A stretch of 64,000 nt of DNA from Gammaproteobacteria bacterium (GTDB lineage Bacteria; Pseudomonadota; Gammaproteobacteria; SURF-13): contig JACPZD010000001.1 of the NCBI GenBank assembly GCA_016195665.1, forward strand, positions 282,848 through 346,847, in the 5' to 3' direction. Shown piece by piece: positions 49,478-58,599 of this stretch (position 1 is its first letter; each line of letters begins with the position of its first letter). A program made the translations under genes and the position numbers. The notes below the pieces were generated by a model. It was not told the origin of the DNA and ran no database searches. It saw nothing but the letters and a program-made list of their open reading frames with translations.

Positions 49478-49694
49478 ACTTACCGATACGTCCCCCCCTA
49501 TGTAGGGGGCGGGACAGGGTGGGGGTAGATAAAAACGCGGTGTTTACTCAGAAGTCACAAAGACGACCTGTCGTCTTTGTGACTTCTGAGTAACGACATA
49601 GAGCTGATAACACGCATCTCAGTGAATCTAAACCCCTAAAAAGACAATGCCGCTACTGAGAGCGGCATTGTTGTTCTTGGTTTGCGGCTGCGTG

Positions 49695-49820
49695 TTATTT
49701 TTTCTTCTTATACAGGTTAGGTGCGTAACGGTCTACGATAAAGCTGTAGAGCACTGGCACCAGCAAGGCCACTAACGTTACTCCGGCCAGAACCAGCGGC
49801 GGATTGTCCAGATCTATCAT
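49695..49820 (-). CDS. Hypothetical 41-aa single-TM microprotein
   Basis: MIDLDNPPLVLAGVTLVALLVPVLYSFIVDRYAPNLYKKKK. ATGA overlap with the upstream CcoP-like gene. Confidence 0.3.
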   Translation of the reverse strand: MIDLDNPPLVLAGVTLVALLVPVLYSFIVDRYAPNLYKKKK

Positions 49821-50503
49821 GCTACTCTCCTCTTTTGACCATGCACGCTCAACTCGGCAATCTCGGCGTCGCTCAACATGCGCTCGTTACCATGACGCGG
49901 TTGCACCGTATAGGGTGGCAGCCGCTTTACTACTATCATTACCGCCAGGCAGAAATAGATCACGTAAAAGATGTCGATAGTATATCCCTTATCCCACCAG
50001 GGCTGTTGACGCACAATGCTGCCGTCGGGACGGACATTCCCTTCAAAGTTGGCAAGGACGAGCCTATCGCCCAGAACGGTATAGTCTTCCAGAATGGCGT
50101 TTTTCGCCTGCAGGTCCTGGATGAGCGGCTTCAATACACGCAGGTCATCCATTTCTACGGGGTGTTGTATCAGTTGAGTCTTGTGCTTTGATTTACTACC
50201 CACCTCTTTGACAAGATAGTCCATGCGGGCCTGATCATTCGGCAGGGCCTGCACTTCGGGGCTATCCATCGCAGCGATATACTCCTGATAGATCGCTGCG
50301 GTAGGGCGCTGGCCCCACAAGGGAAAGGTAATAAGGTATGCGGATATGATGGTCAGCACCAGCAGATACACCACCGGCTGAGGCAGACGGTTGTTGTTCT
50401 CGGTGATGCCGCCCAGGCTTTCGGACTCCCATATCTCCATGGCGGTCTTGTTGCTTTCATCATCCGTGAGGGTACGCAGCGGGTTGTCAAATCTCCAGGC
50501 CAT
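49817..50503 (-). CDS. CcoP-like membrane anchor lacking c-type heme domains
   Basis: N-terminus (ESLGGITENNNRLPQPVVYLLVLTIISAYLITFPLW) resembles the CcoP/FixP N-terminal TM region (D-G-I-x-E-x-x-N-P-L-P). No CxxCH motif occurs anywhere in the 228 aa. Confidence 0.5.
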   Translation of the reverse strand: MAWRFDNPLRTLTDDESNKTAMEIWESESLGGITENNNRLPQPVVYLLVLTIISAYLITFPLWGQRPTAAIYQEYIAAMDSPEVQALPNDQARMDYLVKEVGSKSKHKTQLIQHPVEMDDLRVLKPLIQDLQAKNAILEDYTVLGDRLVLANFEGNVRPDGSIVRQQPWWDKGYTIDIFYVIYFCLAVMIVVKRLPPYTVQPRHGNERMLSDAEIAELSVHGQKRRVA

Positions 50504-50514
50504 GACACATCCTC

Positions 50515-51465
50515 CTACTTTAAGTTCAAGACAAAGTCTATCAAGTAACGAATCTCGCTGTTGCTCGCATAGGCGGGCACCTCGGGCGGCGTCACGCGCT
50601 CGCCACGGCGATATTCCAGAAACTCCCTGCGCCAGCCCGCATAGTTAATCTTGTTGCCGTTGGCGTCGGTCTCGCCCCACAGGTAATCAAAGCGCGGCAT
50701 GATGGAGTGCGGCTGCACCAGGCGTGGATTGAAGAAGTGCATCATCATCCACTCCTTGGAGGAGTTGCGCGAACCGACATGCAGCAGGTCGGGCGCCTTG
50801 CGGTCGGAGCCAAATGCGGTGGGTGACTCACCGTTGAAGTCGCCCAGATAAGGCGGTGCGCCGAAGTATTGGAAGTCCTGAGTCTGCTCGGGCAGTAAAG
50901 TGTGGCACCACCAGCAGCCCTCCCGCACGAAGATGACCTTGCCCGAACCGGCATAGTGGGCGTTGGCGTCACCGGCCGCGGTGAGCACCGCATCAGGCGT
51001 CCAGCCGTGGGTGACGCTGGCGTTCTCTATATAGGGGTAAGATTTACCCTCGTAGTCGCCGTTCTTAACCAGGAACACGGCGCCCTGCGTCTCGCTTGCC
51101 TCATGGATTTTACCCTGTTCAACGCTCAACTCCGCACTGCCGGCACCGAGCACCTTCGGATGCTTGATGCCGCTGGGGAAGGGTGCGCCGGGACGGAATA
51201 CGTAAGCGTACACCGGGTCCATGTCCGCGCCCGAGGCCGGGTCCTTATTCAACAAAACCTTGGTGGGTGCGGCGTGACCCCTGAGGCGCGGATCGCTGAA
51301 GCTAAAGCCGCTGTTGGCCCCGTAGGTCAATTGCTTGTCGAGCGCGAGCGCCGTAGAGCCCACCGAGAAGATGTTGAAGCTCGGCATCACCAGCGTGATG
51401 AACATGGACAAGCTGAGTGCTGCACCGAACATCACGGCGCCGATTCTATACTCTCTAAAGGCCAC
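50515..51465 (-). CDS. ccoO: cbb3-type oxidase mono-heme subunit II (CcoO/FixO-like), N-terminally extended
   Basis: GTG start with AGGGAG RBS. CWWCH heme site and the CcoO signature ...PDLLHVGSRNSSKEWMMMHFFNPRLVQPHSIMPRFDYL. 316 aa versus the usual 200-240. Confidence 0.75.
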   Translation of the reverse strand: MAFREYRIGAVMFGAALSLSMFITLVMPSFNIFSVGSTALALDKQLTYGANSGFSFSDPRLRGHAAPTKVLLNKDPASGADMDPVYAYVFRPGAPFPSGIKHPKVLGAGSAELSVEQGKIHEASETQGAVFLVKNGDYEGKSYPYIENASVTHGWTPDAVLTAAGDANAHYAGSGKVIFVREGCWWCHTLLPEQTQDFQYFGAPPYLGDFNGESPTAFGSDRKAPDLLHVGSRNSSKEWMMMHFFNPRLVQPHSIMPRFDYLWGETDANGNKINYAGWRREFLEYRRGERVTPPEVPAYASNSEIRYLIDFVLNLK

Positions 51466-51608
51466 GTCTATACTCCCTTAAGCAAATTAATTCATCTCCG
51501 CAGCTTGCTGCGGGCGCAAAGCGATGGGGTTTCCACAGGGAAGAGGCGCAGATCTTCCCTTTGGTCGCCCGCGCGTTTTTCAGACCGCGCGGAGCGAAAT
51601 CCAATTGG

Positions 51609-53018
51609 CTATCGTTCGTAGGCCAGCTCATGCACCATGCGGCCGGCCGGCACTATGGTGCCCTCACGCGCCGTCATATACATGTTATACAGCCACACGC
51701 AGTTACCGAGGAATACCAAGGTACCGCCAAACCAGCGCGCGATCATGTACGGGTGCTCGGCGACCACGATATCAATGTACGGCACCTCGTAAATCTTGCC
51801 CGCGCCCTGAATCAGGCCCGCGATGGTCATTGAGATCCAGTAGATCGAAAAGCCGATCAAAAGCATCCAGAAGTGGAAGTTGGCGAGGGCCAGGGAATAG
51901 AGCTTACGCTTCATGATCATCTGCAGGCCGTAGTACACGGCGGCCACCTCAATGAAGGTGGAGAAGCCGAGCAGTGCGAGGTGCGCGTGCGCCACGATCC
52001 AGCCGGTGCCGTGGATGTACCAGTTGATCGAGCGTGTCTGCTGGAAGCCGCCCTGCATGTTGAGCGGAATGGCGAGCAGCACGCCGGTCACCGTGAAGCG
52101 CACCTCGATGTTCTCCACGAACATGTTCCACTTGCCCTGCATGGTAAGCAGGATATTGGATACGAAGGCGATCGCAGGCACCAGGATCAGCACGCCCTCC
52201 ACCGAGGCGAATGACTTCAGCCACTCGGGCAACGGCGCGGACATCAGGTGATGCGCGGCGGGCGTGGAGTAGAAGATCACGATGGACCAGAAGTGCAAGT
52301 GGCCGATACGATGCGAGTACAGCGGGTTGCCGGTGATTTTGGGGATGGTGTAGTAGGCAATGGCCGCGGCCACGGGGGTGATCCACAAACCGAGAATGTT
52401 GTGTGCATTCCACCAGGTGAGGTAGGCCTCGGTCAGGCCGGTGAGGTGGAAGTACTCCGGCAGGTTGCCTACCAGCAACACGATCATGAGCATGAAGATT
52501 GAACCGGCGAAGAACCAGTTGGTGGTGTATATGCCCTGGGTACGGCGTTTGGCGATGGTCATCCAGACATTGAGCGACACGGGGATCAGCACGCCAAACA
52601 GCAGGATGAGATCTATGGGATAGATAAAGTCGGAGTATTCACGCCCGGAGGTCATTCCCATCCACATGGTGATCAGGCCCACAGCCAGGCCGATATTCCA
52701 GTTCATGCAGCTCCACAGCGCGAGCTTTTCCGACCACAACTTGGTATTGCCAAGCGCCGGGGTGATGTACATCATCGCGGCGGCGAAGGCCATCGAGATC
52801 CAGCCGAAGATCACCGCCATTACGTGCACCTGGCGCATCTTGCCGAAGGCGAAGTACTCATAGCCGGTTACCCAGTCGGGGAAGGCCAGCTTGGCGGCAT
52901 TGAAAGAGCCCAAACCCGTGCCTATGATAAACCAGACGATGGCCGAAAAAGAAAAGAACAGCGTCGCGGTGCCCGGCGGGATGTCTTCGCTCTTGGAAAA
53001 CAGATATTTGGTCAACAT
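51609..53018 (-). CDS. ccoN: C-family heme-copper oxidase catalytic subunit I (CcoN/FixN)
   Basis: 12 TM helices. TWWNAHNILG (helix VI), HHLMS (CuB His pair), HAHLALLG (helix X heme ligands). 469 aa. Confidence 0.85.
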   Translation of the reverse strand: MLTKYLFSKSEDIPPGTATLFFSFSAIVWFIIGTGLGSFNAAKLAFPDWVTGYEYFAFGKMRQVHVMAVIFGWISMAFAAAMMYITPALGNTKLWSEKLALWSCMNWNIGLAVGLITMWMGMTSGREYSDFIYPIDLILLFGVLIPVSLNVWMTIAKRRTQGIYTTNWFFAGSIFMLMIVLLVGNLPEYFHLTGLTEAYLTWWNAHNILGLWITPVAAAIAYYTIPKITGNPLYSHRIGHLHFWSIVIFYSTPAAHHLMSAPLPEWLKSFASVEGVLILVPAIAFVSNILLTMQGKWNMFVENIEVRFTVTGVLLAIPLNMQGGFQQTRSINWYIHGTGWIVAHAHLALLGFSTFIEVAAVYYGLQMIMKRKLYSLALANFHFWMLLIGFSIYWISMTIAGLIQGAGKIYEVPYIDIVVAEHPYMIARWFGGTLVFLGNCVWLYNMYMTAREGTIVPAGRMVHELAYER

Positions 53019-53114
53019 GCTAATACCTCATCAAACTCGAAATCTGTAGCGTGCGCCGCGCGCGCGCCCCGTAAAATAATTTTAGTTATATTTAGGCCTA
53101 ATTAAGACCGGCGC

Positions 53115-53273
53115 TTACTTTTTTGCCGGCATCGCGCAGCACGGCTTGATCAGCCCGCGGTTACCGACCTTGCCGCACACCTTGCAGGGGATCATCAGAT
53201 ACCATGCTAGCCACATGCTGGAGAAGGCGGCGACCATGCTAAAAACTGCGGCGATTATTGCTAAAAGACCCAT
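53115..53273 (-). CDS. Hypothetical 52-aa TM microprotein with CxxC...CC motif
   Basis: MGLLAIIAAVFSMVAAFSSMWLAWYLMIPCKVCGKVGNRGLIKPCCAMPAKK; GGAGC RBS. Immediately upstream of ccoN. Confidence 0.35.
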   Translation of the reverse strand: MGLLAIIAAVFSMVAAFSSMWLAWYLMIPCKVCGKVGNRGLIKPCCAMPAKK

Positions 53274-53339
53274 TTGCTAGCTCCGTGCGCTGTTAGTTTC
53301 GACTGCATAAATTTAGGGGTACCTTGCTGCAAGACAGCC

Positions 53340-53633
53340 TTAGTGATGACCGCCGCCCTGGCTCACTTTGGACATCTTATCATGACCATATATGGCGGAC
53401 AATAAGATCCATATAAAGGCGAAACCGAACACCAACATGGTCCAGGTCATAAAGCCGTTGAAGTAACCGAACGGATTGTAAGAGTTCCAGCCGCCCCAGT
53501 CGCCAAAGGCGCCACGGCCCAGATTGGCCATGAGATAAATACCGAACACGCTGCCGTTACCCATCCCCACCACCATGCCGACCACCAGGCTAAGTATCAG
53601 GGATTTTCTCACCATGCTGACCGACTTCGCCAT
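53340..53633 (-). CDS. Hypothetical small membrane protein (97 aa, Gly-rich, 3 TM, C-terminal His tail)
   Basis: Hydrophobic helices and a GGGHH C-terminus; no family recognised. Confidence 0.45.
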   Translation of the reverse strand: MAKSVSMVRKSLILSLVVGMVVGMGNGSVFGIYLMANLGRGAFGDWGGWNSYNPFGYFNGFMTWTMLVFGFAFIWILLSAIYGHDKMSKVSQGGGHH

Positions 53634-53745
53634 ATCTCTCTCCGCTCTTGGACTTGAATTAAATGTTCACAAAGCGCCCAAACCAGGGGCTTGCCGTTAA
53701 TTTGTATAATTTACATCAGGTCGCGTTATAATTTCAACACCTGAT

Positions 53746-53946
53746 ATGAAAGAAATTGTCGTTTATTTAATCGCGGCCATCGCCGGGCTGACCATACTGG
53801 GGTATTCGGTGCATATGCTGATCGGCGGGCTGGTCAGCAGGGCCACGGAATACACTGTGATTGCGCTCGCCGTTTTAATTGGGGTAGCTGTGCTTGGCTT
53901 TCTCGCCTGGGATGTGGTGAAGAGGCGGGTGAGAAGTGAGGAGTGA
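53746..53946 (+). CDS. Hypothetical 66-aa two-TM microprotein
   Basis: MKEIVVYLIAAIAGLTILGYSV... two helices. The 3' end runs into the heptamer repeat. Confidence 0.35.
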   Translation: MKEIVVYLIAAIAGLTILGYSVHMLIGGLVSRATEYTVIALAVLIGVAVLGFLAWDVVKRRVRSEE

Positions 53947-54046
53947 GGGGTGAGGGGTGAGGGGTGAGGGGTGATAGCTTTTTACTCCTTACTCCTCACT
54001 CCTTACGCCTAACTCCTCACCTTTTTCTAACTCCTCGCCCCTCACA
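53928..54046. repeat. GGTGAGG/CCTCACC heptamer inverted tandem repeat (family C), copy 3
   Basis: (GTGAGGG)x4-5 ... TTTTTACTCCTTACTCCTCACTCCTTACGCCTAACTCCTCACC...CCTCAC, between convergent genes. Confidence 0.6.
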
Positions 54047-54047
54047 G

Positions 54048-54503
54048 CTACTTGTAAACCGTCAAGGCCTCTCGCACCTCTTTGAATGTCGCGGCATCTT
54101 GAAACTGTCCGCGGTGGAAGATGAATTGCCTCGGTTGGCCCAAGACGTCCTTGCCGGAAAGCCCGATGGATTTCCCTTGGGTGTCGCTGTAATAACGGAC
54201 GTCTTTGACCAGTTGCACTCTCTCGCCGTTACGCAACTCCAGGCGCACCTGCTCGCGGCTGATTTCGATCGCCACCGGGGAGGTGGGCAGCCACATCAGG
54301 CGGGTTTTAAGAATACGGTTGGCGCCCGCGATGAAGAAAAACGAGGCCATAAAAAAAAGGATATAGGCCACGGACGGGTTCTCGCCATACCCCAGCTTGA
54401 GACCGAGCAGCCCGAGCACGACGACGGTGGGCACATATAACAGCAAATCCCACAACACTCCCTGCCGGTCCTGCCGCAGGACGTAGCGGGTGACGCCGCT
54501 CAT
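54048..54503 (-). CDS. Membrane protein with bacterial PH-like (YdbS/bPH_2-like) cytoplasmic domain
   Basis: Two N-terminal TM helices followed by a roughly 80-aa beta-rich domain. Confidence 0.45.
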   Translation of the reverse strand: MSGVTRYVLRQDRQGVLWDLLLYVPTVVVLGLLGLKLGYGENPSVAYILFFMASFFFIAGANRILKTRLMWLPTSPVAIEISREQVRLELRNGERVQLVKDVRYYSDTQGKSIGLSGKDVLGQPRQFIFHRGQFQDAATFKEVREALTVYK

Positions 54504-55006
54504 CGCTTAGCGGTTGCCGCGGGGAGCACGCGGCTGAGCTGCGCCTCGAGTTCGCCATACATGACCCGTCCGGCCTGTACATAACGCACCGTCTGTTTTT
54601 GATCTATCACGTAGGTCCAGGGGTCGCCCATTATGCCGAAGGCCTTGAAGGCCTGCGGGTTTTGGTACTGGTCTATGTGCATAAACAGCACCCGCGGCTC
54701 ATACTTGCTCATCATGGCCTTGAGCATCTGGAGCTGCTGATCACAGGGCGTGCAGTGACCGGGGGTGGCGAAGGCGAGCACGATGGGCTTGCCGGTCTTG
54801 AGCGCCTGATCGAGCGAGTATTGATACATGCGCGCGTCGGGATAGCGGTAGGTGGTGATCTTGCTAAAGTCGCCGCCCACGTCGGCCAGGGTCTTGGTGG
54901 CGATCGGCGGGGCCTGCATGCCGACGCCCACCCTCGGCCCAAAGTCGCAGGCCGTCAAAAGAACTACGAGGCAGAGCGTGAAGGCTCCGTAGCGCGCGCG
55001 CATCAT
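54500..55006 (-). CDS. TlpA-like thiol:disulfide oxidoreductase (thioredoxin fold, CxxC), probable lipoprotein
   Basis: Signal/lipobox LVVLLTAC. Thioredoxin-fold active site LAFATPGHCTPC. Confidence 0.7.
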   Translation of the reverse strand: MMRARYGAFTLCLVVLLTACDFGPRVGVGMQAPPIATKTLADVGGDFSKITTYRYPDARMYQYSLDQALKTGKPIVLAFATPGHCTPCDQQLQMLKAMMSKYEPRVLFMHIDQYQNPQAFKAFGIMGDPWTYVIDQKQTVRYVQAGRVMYGELEAQLSRVLPAATAKR

Positions 55007-55530
55007 GGCTTTGCGCTCTGCGGCTCGCTCCAGCCGCGCGCGGTGCGGAACAGGTTGTAGGCCCAGATGAGGTTGGAGAGCAGCACCAAACTGCCGAACA
55101 TCCCCACCGAGATCATAAACGGACGCACGATTTTATTGACCTCGTCAATGTCCATGGTTTCGCTGGCCAGACCGCCCAAACTCCCCGCCATGACAAAGGA
55201 CAGGACCATGCCGAGCAGGCCGAAGTTGTGGACCCAAAAATGAATGTTGACCAGGCGCAGGCTATAGATGTTGCGCCGGACGATGCGCGGCACGATGTAA
55301 TACACCGCCGCGAATATCGCCATCTCGACCCAGCCCAGCAGGTTCAGGTGGCCGTGGCCGAGCATGATGAGATGGGCGTGCGGCCTGTGGTTGATGAAGT
55401 CGCGCAGTTTGGGGAGCATGCCGACCACTACGCCCCAGGAGAAGCCGATGATGCTGTAAATCACGCAGGCCGCAATAAACCATAAAATGTAACGGCGGTA
55501 CTGTGTGTCCTGGCCGAAATTCTCATTCAC
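55003..55530 (-). CDS. Stand-alone heme-copper oxidase subunit I C-terminal-domain-like membrane protein (paralog 2)
   Basis: 175 aa. HAHLIMLGHGHLNLLGW...IYSLRLVNIHFWV...LIWAYNLFRTARGW is homologous to paralog 1 and to the CcoN C-terminus. Overlaps neighbours by 4 bp on each side. Confidence 0.6.
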   Translation of the reverse strand: MNENFGQDTQYRRYILWFIAACVIYSIIGFSWGVVVGMLPKLRDFINHRPHAHLIMLGHGHLNLLGWVEMAIFAAVYYIVPRIVRRNIYSLRLVNIHFWVHNFGLLGMVLSFVMAGSLGGLASETMDIDEVNKIVRPFMISVGMFGSLVLLSNLIWAYNLFRTARGWSEPQSAKP

Positions 55531-56141
55531 GGGGAGGGCGCCTTTTCTGTCGCGTCTCCCTGTTGCCCGGGGGGTTTGGTGCGGATGTCCTGGTATTTAT
55601 CCTTCCAGCCTTCAGGGGCCCACATCTTGACCATGCTGTCTATGAATCCTGAGCTTTCCGGCGGCGGCTCGCGCGCCATAGACGAACCTTGTTCCGCCTT
55701 GAGTTCGGAGAGAAACATGGCGATGTCGTGGATGTCTGCGGAGGGAAGGGCAGTAGTGTAGCCCGCTTCTCTGCCGGGGGCGTGATCCATGGTCGTCGTT
55801 CCATAAGTCAACTCCGGCCGCCTCAGGAAATTCTCTATCCACTCCGCGCTGCGGCGCGAACCGATACCGTCCAGTACGAGGCCGTTGTTGGTGCCGTTGC
55901 GCATCGCGCGGTGGCAGGCGGTGCAATTGGCTTCGCGGAATAATTTTGAGCCGCGCAGGCCTTCCGCGGTGGAATCAAAGGAGCTGCGCGAGGTGAACAT
56001 CGGCTCCTTCATGTGGCTGCGCACGGTCTCGAGCACGATGTAACCGATCACCGCCAACACCAGAAACGCACCGAATACGGCAAACAGCACGCGTTCGCCG
56101 GGTTTGAGGGATTGTTTAGGCTTCGTCGTAGGCAGTGTCAC
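55527..56141 (-). CDS. Membrane-anchored mono-heme c-type cytochrome
   Basis: TM helix VLFAVFGAFLVLAVIGYIV and one CTACH motif. Confidence 0.7.
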   Translation of the reverse strand: MTLPTTKPKQSLKPGERVLFAVFGAFLVLAVIGYIVLETVRSHMKEPMFTSRSSFDSTAEGLRGSKLFREANCTACHRAMRNGTNNGLVLDGIGSRRSAEWIENFLRRPELTYGTTTMDHAPGREAGYTTALPSADIHDIAMFLSELKAEQGSSMAREPPPESSGFIDSMVKMWAPEGWKDKYQDIRTKPPGQQGDATEKAPSP

Positions 56142-56165
56142 GGTTAACCTTGCACATCGGCAGGT

Positions 56166-56203
56166 AGAAAAACAAAAGGGCGGGGATGTTTCCCCCGCCC
56201 TTA
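56166..56203 (-). terminator. Intrinsic terminator after the diheme cytochrome c gene
   Basis: Hairpin AAGGGCGGGG-ATGTTT-CCCCGCCCTT followed on the minus strand by TTTTGTTTTT. Confidence 0.55.
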
Positions 56204-56266
56204 TGGGACTTGCGTCCCTACAACAAGTTCAAAAACTCAACTCTAAGGCGAACGCGCTTTCAGCGG

Positions 56267-57253
56267 CTATTCGTGCGCGGCGCCGGCGGTATTCGGCGGT
56301 ATTTGGTGAGGCTGACGCGAATTGCCCATGGAGATAGGCGGCGCGCTGGTCAGGTAGGCGGCGACATTGTAAATGTCTTCATCCTTGAGCTTGCTCGCCA
56401 CGGCGCGCATCTGCGCCAGCGGGTCGTTGGCGCGGCTGCCATCCTTCCATTTCTTCAACTGATTTACCAGATAGACGTAACGCTGTCCGCCGATGACGGG
56501 GTAGATCGGCAGGGCACCGCGCCCGTTGAACTGGTGGCAGCTGCTGCAGGCCGGTACGCCTTGGGCCGGAATACCATAGAGCACGATGCCCTTTCCGAGA
56601 TGACGCTCACCGACCGGTACGGTGCCGGCCGTCTTGATCTCGTCCAGATTAGAGGCCGAGGCGAGCGCATCGTGATGCACGCTGGACTCATAGGCGGCGA
56701 TGTCGGCCTTGTCCTGATCGGAGAGGGCCTTGGCGACACCGTTCATGACACCCATGGTGGTGTCGGTCCGGAGGTCTGCGGCGAACTCATAGAGCTGCTT
56801 TCTGATGTAAGTAAAGCCTTGGCCGGCCAACCGGGGGGTACCCATATTGTCATCGCCCAGACCTTGCTCACCGTGGCAGGACATGCAGGGCGGGGCCTCG
56901 CCTTTCCCTTCGTTGAAGATCTTTTTCCCGGCCTCGAAATTACCGACCAGCCTGAGCGCCTCGCCCGGCATGGGCATAGGAGGCGGAGTGGCGGGGGCTA
57001 CGACCTCCGGTGGGGTGGGGGTTGCCATGGCCTCCGGATTTTCCGCGGGGACGGGGGGGGCTACTACCGCCGGAGCGGGCGCAATTTCACCCGCCGGGGC
57101 CGAACCGGCGGATTCCGGGGCTGCCGGTGCTTGCTCAACGGCCGGGGCAGACGTGACGCCCGGATCTTCTGACCAAGCTTGATTTGCCGCGACCAAGGCC
57201 AAGGCCGCAAGCGATGCCTTAATTAACCGACGCATAATGAATCCTTCCTCCAT
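56267..57253 (-). CDS. Diheme cytochrome c4-like protein with Pro/Ala-rich linker
   Basis: Signal peptide; two heme sites CMSCH and CSSCH; low-complexity PAPA-rich N-terminal linker. Confidence 0.8.
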   Translation of the reverse strand: MEEGFIMRRLIKASLAALALVAANQAWSEDPGVTSAPAVEQAPAAPESAGSAPAGEIAPAPAVVAPPVPAENPEAMATPTPPEVVAPATPPPMPMPGEALRLVGNFEAGKKIFNEGKGEAPPCMSCHGEQGLGDDNMGTPRLAGQGFTYIRKQLYEFAADLRTDTTMGVMNGVAKALSDQDKADIAAYESSVHHDALASASNLDEIKTAGTVPVGERHLGKGIVLYGIPAQGVPACSSCHQFNGRGALPIYPVIGGQRYVYLVNQLKKWKDGSRANDPLAQMRAVASKLKDEDIYNVAAYLTSAPPISMGNSRQPHQIPPNTAGAAHE

Positions 57254-57725
57254 ATCACGATATTATAAAAGCTTCTCCGCAGAAACCCCGCCGCATCGCT
57301 TACCGGGCCTTAACCCCTCGGCAGCGCTAAGGTTACTTAGAGGAGTTTTTCTTGGCCGTCTTGTATGCAGCGAAGAGCACGACGAGTACGACTGTTATGA
57401 TAATGCCGTACAAGCTCAGTACGTCACCCGTGCTGTATTCCACGGAATCTTTGGCCAAATCAACAGATAAGTCGAACAAACTACACCTCCCTCTATGCGC
57501 CCCACCGGGCATGCCATGGCTGGTAATTCAGAGTCTATAGTTAGATATTATGCCATGAGATTTTGGCGACATGCAATAAGCCCGCAGACAAGAATCCGTA
57601 TGTCTGCGTTACCGGGCAGGAATAGAGTATTATTTAATCTTAGATCCAGCTAAACCGACTTAGCCATTGCCTAATCATCACAGCGGCTATCTGGAAAGCA
57701 AACCCTCACGATCAACTATACTCGG

Positions 57726-58505
57726 ATGGATATTAGAGATTTCGTCGTCGTCATCATCCTGTTCATCTTTGCCGACATCATTTTTTATGTCGTGGTGATG
57801 AAGGGTTTGATGGTCAAAAGCATTGTCAGCAAGACTCCGGCCGAGGAGCGGCGCGACAACCCGCGCCAGGAGGGCCCGGCTTACACGGTCGAACTGCGCC
57901 ATGCGACGCCCGCGCGGCTGGAGAGGCCTATCAGTCTGTTCTCGGTAGGCGGCCAGGTGAGCCCGGCTGAAACAGTGCAGGATTTGGGTGTGGTGATGCG
58001 TCACGAGTTGGCGTACCTCAGCGTGCAGAACTTTCGCTTTGTCCCGCCGCACGACTTGATGGTGGGTGAGCCCGCGCGGCTGGAGCTTCAGCTTACCCAG
58101 AATATCGTCGAGCCGATCACCCGGGCGATCAATCACGCCTCCCCCGCCAAACTCACTACCCTGAAGATCGGCGCGCACCTGATCGCCGGGCTACGCGGCG
58201 ACGGCTTTCGGATCACCCCGGTCGCCCACGAGGAGCAGGGGCTCGGCGTTCAGTCCACCCTGCAATGGGCGTGGAACGTGCTGCCTCTTAAGTCCGGTGA
58301 CAGGAGTCTCGATCTCGACCTCACTTTACGGCTCAAGATCCCGAGCGGTGAGGAAACGAGGGTTTATTCCTGGCCGGAGTGTAAGGTCAGGGTCGAGCCC
58401 AATGCCTATTTTGTCGCCAAAACCTTTATAAAAGGCCGCTGGAAGGCGTTATTCGCAGTTACGGCCTTGCTGGCGGCGGGCTTCTATGTCTGGCTGCGCG
58501 GGTAA
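57726..58505 (+). CDS. Hypothetical membrane-anchored protein (259 aa)
   Basis: N-terminal TM helix, C-terminal TM helix, no recognised domain. Confidence 0.45.
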   Translation: MDIRDFVVVIILFIFADIIFYVVVMKGLMVKSIVSKTPAEERRDNPRQEGPAYTVELRHATPARLERPISLFSVGGQVSPAETVQDLGVVMRHELAYLSVQNFRFVPPHDLMVGEPARLELQLTQNIVEPITRAINHASPAKLTTLKIGAHLIAGLRGDGFRITPVAHEEQGLGVQSTLQWAWNVLPLKSGDRSLDLDLTLRLKIPSGEETRVYSWPECKVRVEPNAYFVAKTFIKGRWKALFAVTALLAAGFYVWLRG

Positions 58506-58520
58506 TTGTCTCTTTATCGT

Positions 58521-58584
58521 GTGTGAGGCGTAAGGCGTAAAATGCTGTTCCCCTTACTCCTCACCCCTCACGCCTCACACCTTA
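58521..58584. repeat. GGTGAGG/CCTCACC heptamer inverted repeat (family C), copy 4
   Basis: GTGAGGCGTAAGGCGTAAAATGCTGTTCCCCTTACTCCTCACCCCTCACGCCTCACACC upstream of recQ. Confidence 0.55.
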
Positions 58585-58599
58585 CTGCGTAGCCCCTAC

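Noticed and set aside
57352-57540. 62-aa plus-strand ORF after cytochrome c4 gene
   Set aside because: It has no RBS and is low-complexity. A minus-strand 46-aa TM ORF with a GGAGG RBS in the same region is more plausible but still weak, so it is not listed as a feature.
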